A stretch of 64,000 nucleotides of DNA. Source: Epithemia pelagica (lineage: Eukaryota > Protista > Bacillariophyta). The notes under the pieces are model-generated. The model ran no database searches, was not told the DNA's origin, and worked only from the letters and a program-made list of their open reading frames with translations. The stretch lies in the NCBI GenBank assembly GCA_946965045.2, contig OX337233.1, positions 806,001 through 870,000 on the forward strand. The letters are read 5' to 3'. Position numbers and translations under genes: made by a program. Positions 47,850-58,376 of this stretch are shown here, in pieces; position 1 is the first letter of the stretch, and every line of letters begins with the position of its first letter.

Positions 47850-48259
47850 GCAAGCAACAGTTCACGTCATTCAAGAGTGCCAGAACTAGCAAACCTTGTC
47901 TGGAGGATAGAGCCTAGCGATGCACGGCTGGAGTTTTGTTTCAGAGACGGTTTGCTCCACTGTTTCTTAACCACAACAACGGCCAGGAGCAGCTCTTGTT
48001 CGCACATACTGCCCCTGTTGGTCATCTGGGTGAAGCCACTATTATAGTGCCTGAACCACATAATTTATGTACGAATCCGAATCGGAACTATTTGTGTCGT
48101 TACAGTAATCTAAGAGGAATCCATTGTTTCCACAGTGCTATCGTCTACATTTACGTCCACCACACAAGACGGAGTTTCCCGCAACAGATTTCACATGGAC
48201 ATGGAGGCATCCTCATGACAAAGGACCAATCACTCTTCTGAGATTTTCGTTTCCACTAT

Positions 48260-50954
48260 CTACGAATAGTATACAGGTGCCCCTCCATTGCCCAGTAGAT
48301 TGCGGAGACTGTACTTGTCACTTTTCTTGACATCCAAGTACGTGTTCAGGACACGTCGGGTAATGAGGTAGACTTGTTCCACATTGTCGGGTGTCAATTT
48401 ACCATCCGGATTAATCGTTGGAAAGGCCACGAGAATCATTTGTTTGAGGACAGTGGGATTGATTTGGGCATTGTATCCGGCATCCCGAATGTAATCGGCA
48501 AACCATTGTCCCAACAATCGATGCGATTCGGCAATATCTTCGGGATCGGCCTCCCGCGATTGATTCATCAAGTTGCAAATATCTTCAATCTTGTCTTGAT
48601 AGTCGGGATCCGCCAAGCGGGCCAAGACTTGGTCGTTCCATCGTTTGCCAAATTCAAACGTGGCCCGGGCATTTTGGCGCAATTCGTCCAAGGCTTCCTT
48701 ATCTTCTTCATAGCTTCGCACACCGGGCAACAACATGTGTTTGCCTTGTTTGGCGCGTTCAATATTCAACAAATGCAAGGCTTCCGGATCGACAAAGGAT
48801 CCATTCAAGGCCCGTTGGACCAATTCTTCGTCTTCTCCTTCCAAATACTTCTTTTCTTGCGGCACCTTGGGGGCCTTTTTGGAGGCACCCAAACCCGGTT
48901 TGGACATGAGCGGGTAATTGATAATGGAGGCCAAGACACTGACGCCAATCCCAATCCAAATGGCGGGATTGGTCCCAATGTAATCGGCCAACAATCCAAA
49001 GATCCACGGAGAAATGGCCATGCCCAAATTCATGACGGTATTGTTCAAGCCTTGCACATACCCAATCTTTTCTTCTGGCGCAATCAAATCCAACATGGGA
49101 CCGGTCGACAATTGACTCACCACGGTAAGGGGGAACCCCAAATACATGACAATGATAAAAAATGCATACATGCCCGTCGTGGCAGGCTGTCGAATATGAG
49201 TATATATAATGCATACAAACGAGAGGATCCCAAACGACACACGGCGTGAGCAAGATACAAACAAAGCAGAGAAAGGATATAACATCCAAAAAGAGCATGA
49301 GAATCTTAAAACCACCAACAACACAAACAAACAAACATTGAAAACGTACGCCATTGCCAATAAACAAGAGTGCCATGGTCAAAATGGCCGTGGCCAAATT
49401 GCCAAAGACGCATCCACCGGCGGCGCCAATCCAGGCAAAGACGCGGGGGGTAATCAAGGTTCCGGGAATGACCATGAGAGCGACCAAGACGGACAACCAT
49501 TGATAGGCCGAAATGCTCATGATTGGATCTTCCGGTGGTTCGGCATTGACAAAATCCAAATGATATTGTTCCAAGGCCAGGGGAGACAAGCACAGGGGAA
49601 ACAAGGCCGTCGATCCGACATTGTCGGCAAAGGCGCCCATGACAATATGCCACAAGGTCATATTGTCCAAGTGTTCGGGACGAGGAATGACAGTTTCATC
49701 ATCGTCATCATCATTGTCATTTTTCTTGGTGGCGTCGCCGTCTTCTGCCAGGTTACTTTTGGGAAGCGTTTCGTCGGCTTCTTCCGTGGCTTGTTCGACG
49801 TGTTCCACATCCTCCTCCTTGGTGGGAAGCAATCGTTCGTATTCGTCATCATCTTGAGCGAGTTTGTCATTGGCAATGGGTGTATACGTGGCACCCGGTC
49901 GTGGTTCAATCAAGTACCAGATATTAAGGACAAAGGATACCAGGACAAAGGCGGCGCCCAAAAAGAGGGGGGTAAACAAGCCGGAATCATTCATGAGAAT
50001 GGCAAAAATGCCACCGCCGGAATTGCCCAAGACATAATATCCAACAATGACGGACAGGGCATCTTGTTTTTCCTTTTTGGTCGTAAAGACATCGCCGACA
50101 TAGGCCATGGCCACGGGTAGGGTACCCTTGAACAAGCCGGCGGCAAAACTGGCGGCACAAAAGCCCCAAAAGGTTTTGCGAGCGGCATACATAACGACGG
50201 ATCCAATACAGGCACCGACGGAACTCACTTGAATAATGTGTTTGCGTCCCAGGCGATCGGACCAATTGCCGGTAAAAATCGAGGCAATGGCCACTCCCAT
50301 GAGACTGGACAGGGGCAAAAAGTACGTGGCGGAATTAAAATCAAAAGGATCGGTATCGGGAAAGGAATCCTCATTGGCATCGGGCGTTGCCATGATGGCA
50401 AAATTGGGATTGAGCAATTTGGTATTAATGGCCGAGGCCACGACATTGAATTGCAAGGCCCACAAACTGTATTTCAGAGCCGTTTCGTCCGTGGCCAAGT
50501 CTTGTCCCCGTTGGACGCCTTTCTGACCCCAATTCTGGGGATGCCACAAGGCGTGCAAACTACTCGAGGCCTTGGCCCACAGCGAATCGCGCTCTTTTGT
50601 AGTGTCTTGAAATTCGTCCAAGGGAACTTCTTCGGCTTCACCATCATGGTCGACTGTTTCCACCTCGGCCGCTGATGGATCATCGTCCTTGGTGGGTGGA
50701 TCTTGTGGAGGAACAGCTGCTGGCACCACGGGTTCCTCATCATTCGCCTCCTCAGTTTGTGGTGGAGCAGCACCCGCAGCATCGACTTCGACACTTTCTT
50801 CGGCCATGGCGACATCGGTCGCCGTGGGTTCGACGCCTTGATTGTTTGGATTGTCGCCATGACTGGTATCGTCAATGTCGACACCGGTCGAAAAGACAAT
50901 TTCGGTAGCGTCTTCCTCTTGCACCACTGGTTGCGGCTGTGGCTGTTCCGCCAT
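48260..50954 (-). CDS. Major facilitator superfamily transporter with long C-terminal cytosolic extension (2 exons)
   Basis: Exons 50954-49350 and 49186-48260; phase-0 intron GTACGT...ACAG of 163 nt. MFS motif A GNWSDRLGRKHII, PVAMAYVGDVF, DLIAPEEKIGYVQGLNN, IFGLLAD; multiple TM helices. Confidence 0.9.
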
Positions 50955-51071
50955 GGTGTTTGTGGTTGTCACTGTTGTTTTATTTGCTAGTGTGGAACCG
51001 ATTCACCTTTTTCTCTCTCTCTCTCTCGTTTTCGTAGTCAACTGTCGAGTTGGTCGAGCACGACCGCTGAT

Positions 51072-51087
51072 CCTCGGGGGGGATGTA
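51072..51087. repeat. Left end of Crypton: direct repeat CCTCGG + inverted arm GGGGGATGTA
   Basis: Read directly: tcctcggggg ggatgta at 51071-51087. Confidence 0.85.
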
Positions 51088-51567
51088 TTCCCCCCGCACG
51101 TGCCTAGTTACTATAGCCCGAATTTTTACTGTACTCAAATTTTCTTTTTAGTGTATTTTAAGTAAAATTTTCGGTCGTGGGAAAAACCGAAACAATGAGG
51201 CGAACGGAAACCGTCACAAAATGAGCCGAAATAGACCACGAAAAACAAACCGCGTGCAACAACAGCAACAACAATAGCAACAAGAACAACAATAGCAACA
51301 AGAACAAACAACAGCAGAGCCAGGACAAAGACAATGTAACAAAAAGGACATCACAACCAACCAGACCAAAGGATAAAGGCGAGACATGAAGACCAACCAA
51401 AGAGAGACACAAGGCGAGACAAGTCGACAACCAAAGAAGGAAGGCAAGGCAGAGGAAGGCTAAGACAAAGGCAAGACAAAGCAAAAACAACAGATAGCAC
51501 CAGAAAAAACAGAAATCGAAGAGAGCCATTAAGAGACAACAATCAACAAGGAATAGGGAGGGTGAAT

Positions 51568-51633
51568 GCATTCGAGGAGGACCAAAATCAAAGAGAAACG
51601 GCATTCGAGAAGGACCAAAATCAAAGAGAAATC
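51568..51633. repeat. 33-bp tandem duplication inside the element
   Basis: gcattcgag(g/a)aggaccaaaatcaaagagaaa(cg/tc) x2. Confidence 0.85.
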
Positions 51634-51828
51634 AAGATTAAGGTTAGACATGCCTTTGGAAAGAACACAGCAATCAAGAAGGAACAGCAAAAGACAAACT
51701 TACCTATGGATTTGTAGCGAACATCACAAAGAGCTCAAGCATCAACCTGTTAAGACGAAGATGGTGAGAGAATAGCAATAGACAGACAGCAAATCAAACA
51801 AAGTAACTTACCCATTTCATTCTGTCAT

Positions 51829-54613
51829 TCAGTAGTGACGACCCCCGTGGTTGTAATGGTAGTGATCACCGCCATGTCGGTGATAGCCACTGTGGTGGTT
51901 GCCGTGGTTAGGCCACGAAGAAGATGCAGGATACTGACGTGGAGGCGGTGGTGGCGAGGAATGATGGTGATAATGATGGACCGTTGGGCCATTCACACGG
52001 GACGAAGGAACAGGAGGAGGTGGCGAATATGATCGAGGAGGGGGTGGCGGAGGGGAAGGCCCGCGGTAATGATTGTAACGGGGTCCATACGATGGTGGAG
52101 GTGGAGGAGGAGTCCACCCACCATGGTTACGATCGCTCGAATGGTAGGAGTACGATCGAGAATGAGGGGGAGGAGGAGGAGGCGACCGATTGTAGTGGTT
52201 GTCGCGTTGGTGGTAGTGACTGCGACTCTCGTTGCGCTGGTAGTTGTGGTGGTAGTTGTCGTGTTGGTGATGAGAGTGTGTGGTGTTTGTTGTATTGTTG
52301 TTGTCCCATGCAGAAGGAGGAAGGAGCGGGGGTGGTTCGTCCTCGTCGTCTTTTTTCGCGGCTACTGGTGGAGATTTTTTCTTAGGTTCCTCTGAAACGA
52401 GAACAGTAGAGAGGTAAGATACAGAAGTAGTAACAACATGCATCAGTCAGACAACAACGTACCTTTTTTGGTTTGTTCTTCGTCATCGGATGGCGTGTAC
52501 CAATGGGCCGTCACTGCCTTCTGTTTCGAGTGGTCCGTCACTTCTTGATACTCAAAGTTGATCTTTTCACCCTTGTGGCGGCCGTTATTCGTTGCAAGAG
52601 GTTGAGGAACGCCCGAGTTCGCAACCGTGGTGATCCCAGTTCTCCGAGCGGAACGACCAGTAAAGTTGCCGGTTCCTTCGAAACCACAACGCTTAGCCAA
52701 CTCTTTCGTGTTGCGCGCAGCGAAATTTTCGCCCAACTTTCCACCAGGACGCATGCCAGTCAATGGATTAATCTTTGTTTTCGACATATCAGGAACAAGA
52801 TCCGTCCAGGCATGGTGAGTCGATCCGTCAGCGCGTGTGGCAATTACTTTGGCGGGTGCTTCACGAAGGAAGAAGAGCCCTTTCCAACCCGGCGGGTGGG
52901 CAACTCTACGGTACTCCATGACCAGTTTGTAGGTGCTCCATGGATCCTTGGGGTTTTCCACAATCATGTTCCCTTTGCAATCCACTGCGCGCCGGAACGG
53001 AGGGTTGACAAGAGTCAATTTTACATTCTTATGGTGACCGGAGTCAAGAGGGATGATCGCCGCCTTACCAGCGAGATCGCCGTGCAAATCATCTAGACTT
53101 TTAACAAATAGAAAGTCTGTTACTTTTGCTAAATGCATCTGAGTAGAAACAACAAGCAGAGGTGAGAAGCGTGTGATCCATACGACAATCCAACGGATCG
53201 TGGACGTACCTCTAGACATCGAAAACTACAGTCACGGCAGACTTTGTAGAACACCATCATGAGGAGATCCTTGTAAATTTCGAACAGACGAAGTGGAGGA
53301 CTCGCATACTTTTGCATGGACTTCTCGTCGTTGAGGCAAACTCCGGCTCGTTTGGGAAGTCGGCCAAACTCAGAACGGACGGTGGCGGTTTCCGACCACA
53401 AGTTCTCCAAGTAGGCATGGTACGAGCCCTCCCCTTTGAGGTCCGACTGCGTGATCACGACTCCATTGGCTCGCAGGATGAAAAAGATGTGATTGAGCAC
53501 TTTGCCGGTCGTGTTTGGCTGGTAGTGATACTTGGGGTCGTGGGGATCGTGCTCCCCCTTTTTGTACCCAGCCATGCGCAGATTCATGCAGAAAATCATG
53601 CAGAGAGAATTCAACAACCTAAGTTTGCCACGAGTAATACCCCCCCCCCCCCCCCCGAGAGCAACAAAAAGCTTGGGCACCTTCAAATTTTCGCCCTTTT
53701 CAGTATCAGGATCAATGATGGGCGCCGCGAGTCCTCTATAGTGTTTATGGCGACGGAGAATGTCCAAGAATCGTTTGAAAGAGTCCGCCTTGGCCTTGTT
53801 GTACGACTCGGAGTTCTGCGAGAGCTTGCGAACGTCGTACTTGTGGTTCTCGTCTTCGTATACATCCTCGCTGATGCGAGCAAAGGTGTTCCAGTACTGA
53901 ATACTGTCCTTGGTGTGTGGCACATCCACGGGGAGTTTTTGATACTCCGCAATCATCAGCTCGCCATCCTCATTTTCGGTCACATGTCTCTGCTTGACGC
54001 ATGCCATGGCAATGGTTCGTGTATCGAGTGGAGATGGGGGACCAATGGCAGCAGGAGGATGATGTTCGTCCAGTGGTTCCTCGTCGTCCGTATCTTCCAA
54101 CAGGTGGTACCAATCGTCTTCATCTTCATCGTCATCGTCCCTGAAAGAAAGAACGACATTCGTGTGAGACACAACAATCATACAAAAGAAGGGAGTTTCT
54201 CATCCTCAACTTACTCCGGAAGATAAGGAACAAGAGGAGGAAGACGATCGTCTTCTTCGTCGTCGTCTTCCTCGTCGAAAAGGGAAGGACGATCCTTCTT
54301 CCCATTGGTGCTGAAAAAGAGGAGGCCATTCTTGTCAGACACAACAATCATACAGAAAAGAAGACGGCAATGATGATCCAACAACTTACCTTTCTTTCGG
54401 GTGAAGATGGTGACGAGGAGGAGGAGGGACGTTTTCCTTCCCATTGTCGACGGTGGGAGGAGGAAGTTTCTTCTTCGGATGAACCTTCTTTGTAACCTTC
54501 CGAACAGGAGGGCGAGGAATGTCGTCTTCCTCTTCATCGCGGTACCTCTTCTTGGCTGCTGCAGCAGCAGCTTGGCGTTTAGATCGACGGGGGCGGAGCG
54601 GAGTCTTGGCCAT
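51829..54613 (-). CDS. Tyrosine recombinase (Crypton/DUF3504-like), 5 exons, ~829 aa
   Basis: Exons 54613-54390, 54310-54215, 54140-53210, 53138-52463, 52391-51829; introns of 79, 74, 71 and 71 nt, all GT-AG and phase-consistent; total 830 codons. Motifs: YQPNTTGKVLNHIF (core-binding), SFRCLEMH (Arg I), HHKN (Lys), FTGRSARRTGIT (Arg II), GRH, INFEY (Tyr nucleophile). Confidence 0.85.
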
Positions 54614-55325
54614 GGTCTTTCGTTTCCTGCAATGCGATGCAAAAATGGCAATGGAAGAAAAAGTGTGAGGTTTGTTTTGCACGGTAAACACAGCAGCGAA
54701 TTCAAAAATGGATGAGGCGGGGCACGCGCGCAGGAAGAAAAAGGAAGGAAGGAAGAGTCGCAGGAAGGAAGACTGGTCGACAATGACGAAAAACAACAAT
54801 CAAACTTACATTTTCTCCAACTTGGCAAGGTACCAAGGATCGGAATGAACACTGTGAGCGTTGGTGTCGCTCCCAGTGCATTCATCCATCTTTGGAACGA
54901 AGGTACCGTCCAAAGGTACGAAGGCGAGTGAGATGGCGTCCGACGAGGATGAACACAACGATAAAGACGACGAAGACGATGAACACGACGACAAAGACGA
55001 CGAAGAAGACGCAATGGAGATAGGAGAAGACACAATGCCACGATGTCCCTTGTCCTTGGAAGGCATGGGGCTGACAACGGCCGTAGGAGGTTTCGTCATG
55101 GTCAGGTCTTCCTTTTTCCAAACGAATGATGAAAACACAAAACACAACGCCCAACACACAAATGCGGCCACTTTATCTGCTTGGAAACTCGTAGCTCCTA
55201 AGTAACCTCTAAGTATATTTGTGAGTCCTAATTAGATTGTTCCTAATTGTCGTAAGTAATCTTTCTTTACAATGGTACTGTTTTCCTATGTATTCCAAAC
55301 AATTAGAAAACTCAACGTACTTTAT

Positions 55326-55341
55326 TACATCCCCCCCTCGG
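55326..55341. repeat. Right end of Crypton: inverted arm TACATCCCCC + direct repeat CCTCGG
   Basis: Read directly: tacat ccccccc tcgg at 55326-55341. Confidence 0.85.
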
Positions 55342-55355
55342 ACGCAACGGACGCC

Positions 55356-55558
55356 TATGACATTTGCTGCTCGGAACGCTTCTCGTCGGGGGCTCGTCGG
55401 GGCGTAACTCCTCGAAGGGCAATAGGTCCTCGTCGTGGACTGCCCCTATATCCGCTGACGCGGGGGACATTCCACTCCTCGGACCTATTGCCCTTCTCGT
55501 CGTTACGCCCCTCCTCGTGCCTCCCTCCTCGAAGCTACTCCTCGCAGCAAATGTAATA
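55356..55558 (-). other. ~200-nt rod-like hairpin with nine tandem G.A internal loops
   Basis: Perfect stems ACATTTGCTGC/GCAGCAAATGT, GCTTC/GAAGC, GGGGCGTAAC/GTTACGCCCC, GAAGGGCAATAGGTCC/GGACCTATTGCCCTTC, GTGGA/TCCAC, CCGC/GCGG, separated by TC/TC mismatches (GA/GA on the minus strand). Confidence 0.85.
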
Positions 55559-58376
55559 TTACCACAAAGACCTCTAGGAAGATTGCTAGAGTGTCTCTTG
55601 GACGACTTGGAATGCCTGTGGAATCGTCCCAGCTGCTGCTCCCGACAGTGTGTGTTGTGGAGTGTGTGTGTTTCAGCAGGGTCCCTGTTCTGAAACCACC
55701 ACCACCACCACCACCACAAAAAAGATTTTCGTCGTCTTCCAAAATTTGGCCACGGTCTCGTTGTCGTCTTCGGGTTTCTGTGTTTGTGTAGTGTGTTGAT
55801 GTTGGGGGTATCTTTTGAGCACATTTTTGTGGGGGAGTGCGGCGCGCGCCGTTGGGGGTTGGGGTGTGGGTGTGGTGTCTGTCGTTGTACGTAGTGTACA
55901 ATAGTAGAGTCCCGTTTCTGTCGGGGTTCTCGTTTCTTGATCTTGGGTCGCACAAGGCTGTCTCGCGTGCAAGACGCCGGGCGAGTAGTGGACAAACGGT
56001 CGGACCACACATTCATCTCTCTCGTTGTTGCTCCGTCGACGCCGACAACCATGGAACCACACCAACGTTCCACCACCACCAACAACAACAACAACTCTTA
56101 TAACGAGGGCCACAAAGCAGATTCTCGTATGGAGACCAGAGAGAGAGAATCATTCGAACGAAAAAACTCGAGCTGTTGTGTGGGTTGTGAACCCCAGCAC
56201 AACAAGGCGAACAAAGAAACCCCAACACAAAAAGAGAGTGATTTCTCGACCCACACGAATACGAATCAAACGTTTGCCAACCACACAGTGACAGCTAGTA
56301 TTTCCTACATATATGTATGTGGCACAGTATCCAGAACCGGTAGAGTCCACATGACGTGGGTTTTTCCAGTCTGCCTCGAATGGACCATTGCTCGGGCGAT
56401 TCTTGCGGTGCTCCGCAGAGCTATTTCTATTAATTTGTAGAGGAGCCAAGTTCTGTTTCGTTTCCAAACAGAGGCACGACGGGTTACGCCTCTGCAATAG
56501 TACCAGTATGCTACAGCATCCGGTAACTATTACTCCACCAGATGGACCTTTGGTCAGATTACCTCCGTCTTGTAGTACTAGATGGCCTTGTTGTCGTTCC
56601 GTAACTCTGGCACAGAAAATGTTTGTTTTATTGCTTCCCCATGCAACGTTTCCCTTGTCGACGAAATCTGCACAACCACTAGTACGGCTAGATCACAAAC
56701 AGCAAGCCACTTTGCCAGCAAGCAAGCTCGTAAAACACACACAAGGGTCCAGCAACGACAGCAACATCGCGCCACCTACCATCGCATAAGGCTCCATACC
56801 ACCATCATACATTCTTCTCGTCTTTATTTTATCACTCGAACCTACACGTTATTCTTCTTCCTTGTCTCAACTGGCAATCGATGAACGTCGGTGACTCCGA
56901 ATACACTTACTGTTCCCGGCCTTGTTGTTTTCAGATTTTCGCGCTTGTCGTTACCACGGATCCTTATCCCGCCGTTTGGTTTCTGATTTTTCGTCGTGTT
57001 CTTTTGTAGCCACCGTACACATGAGACATGTTCGCCGAGTAAACGACGTTCGGTAAAGCAGCACAAGGATGATACGTGTTGTACACGAGGGCGTCCTTCT
57101 TGTTGATCGTGTTGGATCGCCCGTGTCCTTCCTGTTACGCGAAAATAGCTGTCTTGTGTGGCAGCCCAGGCCTGTTGCATTGGAATTCCTGCCTTCACTG
57201 GTTTGTTGGTTGCATGTCAAGAAAGTTGGACACACAAGGGACCAAATACCAGACACTTTTCGGTGGTATTTGCTCCCCTGAAAGTAAGGGTAACCTGATT
57301 ACATGTACCATTTTCCAGTCAAGTCTACGGAGTTGCATGTGCTCGGGGTGACTGGGGGCAATCACACGTGTCCATTCAAATCGAGAGATAATTATTTGAT
57401 GCTCGGTTGACATGGAGGCAGTCACAAATGCCTCGAGATATGTCTCTTACGGATAAGGGCATGCCGATGAAAGCAACACTAGGGCTTGCCAAAGGAAAGA
57501 CTCTTATTTTGATACCTGCCATGCACTCGTATTCCTGAGGTCATTGTGCAATTCACCACTTGTCCTTTGATTCATGAACAGAATGTGTTCATGTATTGAA
57601 ACTTTGTTTTGGTCGCCCTGGTCGTTGCCCCGGACATTTGTTCTTGTGAAGAGACCATGATCAGTGATAGCCAACTGGATACTTGACTTCGGAGTTCGGA
57701 GAAAGCAAAAACGTACAACCATTCTTCCGTATCAACACAACATGATGACGTTGTCTAGTCACTCACCGATCAAAGTTCCAAGTGAAGACCCCCTTGCCCC
57801 GTGGTTCATCACAAATAAATCTTTGTTCTCTACTAGTTCCGAATTACAGATTGCCGAAAGACCCCAATCCCCCAAAACCAAAAACACGACATAAAATATA
57901 TCATATGACTTTTGATATGGCTGCGGTACTCGGGAGGCATAAATCAGGTGAGCTCCCTACCAGGTACAATGTCCCATTACATTTCCAGCTGAGTCATTCC
58001 AGAATGCCCAAGACTAGACAAAACTGAGATGTCATCTCTACTCGCTAGTTCGAAAGCCATTCGATGACATAATAGAGCTAACAGCCTATTCTTGTTCCAT
58101 CAAGGAGAAAAGAAGCATGATTAGTTTTCTATCACAATTTCACAAGCAGCATATTCGCAACACAAAAGACTACCGTATAGTGTGCTGATCTCTAGAAACG
58201 ACTCCAACTCAGGTATTTTCGTTGTGGATTTCGGAAATGCTACGATAGAAATATTATCTGCGGAAACTTACCTACTTTTGTATCCTATCTTATCCATGCA
58301 GGTGAAATTGAATGCCGACGATATGCTGAAAAACAGAAGGCTGTATGATATCTGCGAAGGCCATGTCAAGGTCAGC

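Larger units (their letters stand above)
51072..55341 (-). mobile_element. Crypton-type tyrosine-recombinase DNA transposon, apparently full length (4270 bp)
   Basis: 6-bp terminal direct repeat CCTCGG (51072-51077 and 55336-55341), each abutting a 10-bp inward inverted repeat: GGGGGATGTA (51078-51087) and TACATCCCCC (55326-55335). Encloses an intact spliced YR gene. No reverse transcriptase seen. Confidence 0.8.

Noticed and set aside
54861-55205. Acidic 114-aa ORF inside the Crypton as an accessory gene
   Set aside because: Alternative start, mostly a 30-bp D/E-rich duplication, no domain; cannot be supported without expression data.
51072-55341. DIRS/Ngaro retrotransposon, or cut-and-paste TIR transposon with a 2-bp TC TSD
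   Set aside because: No RT/RNase H or DDE transposase motifs. The 6-bp direct repeat plus arms reading fits YR chemistry better than a 12-bp TIR with a TC duplication.
55356-55558. Hairpin as SRP RNA, tRNA/rRNA fragment, rho-independent terminator or ordinary MITE
   Set aside because: No Alu/S-domain branching or GNRA helix-8 motif, no cloverleaf, no U-tract, no evident TSD. The uniform GA/GA loops are unlike a decayed MITE. A Rfam search is still advisable.
55600-58100. Many short overlapping ORFs
   Set aside because: Driven by trinucleotide low complexity; no coherent gene model or recognisable domain.
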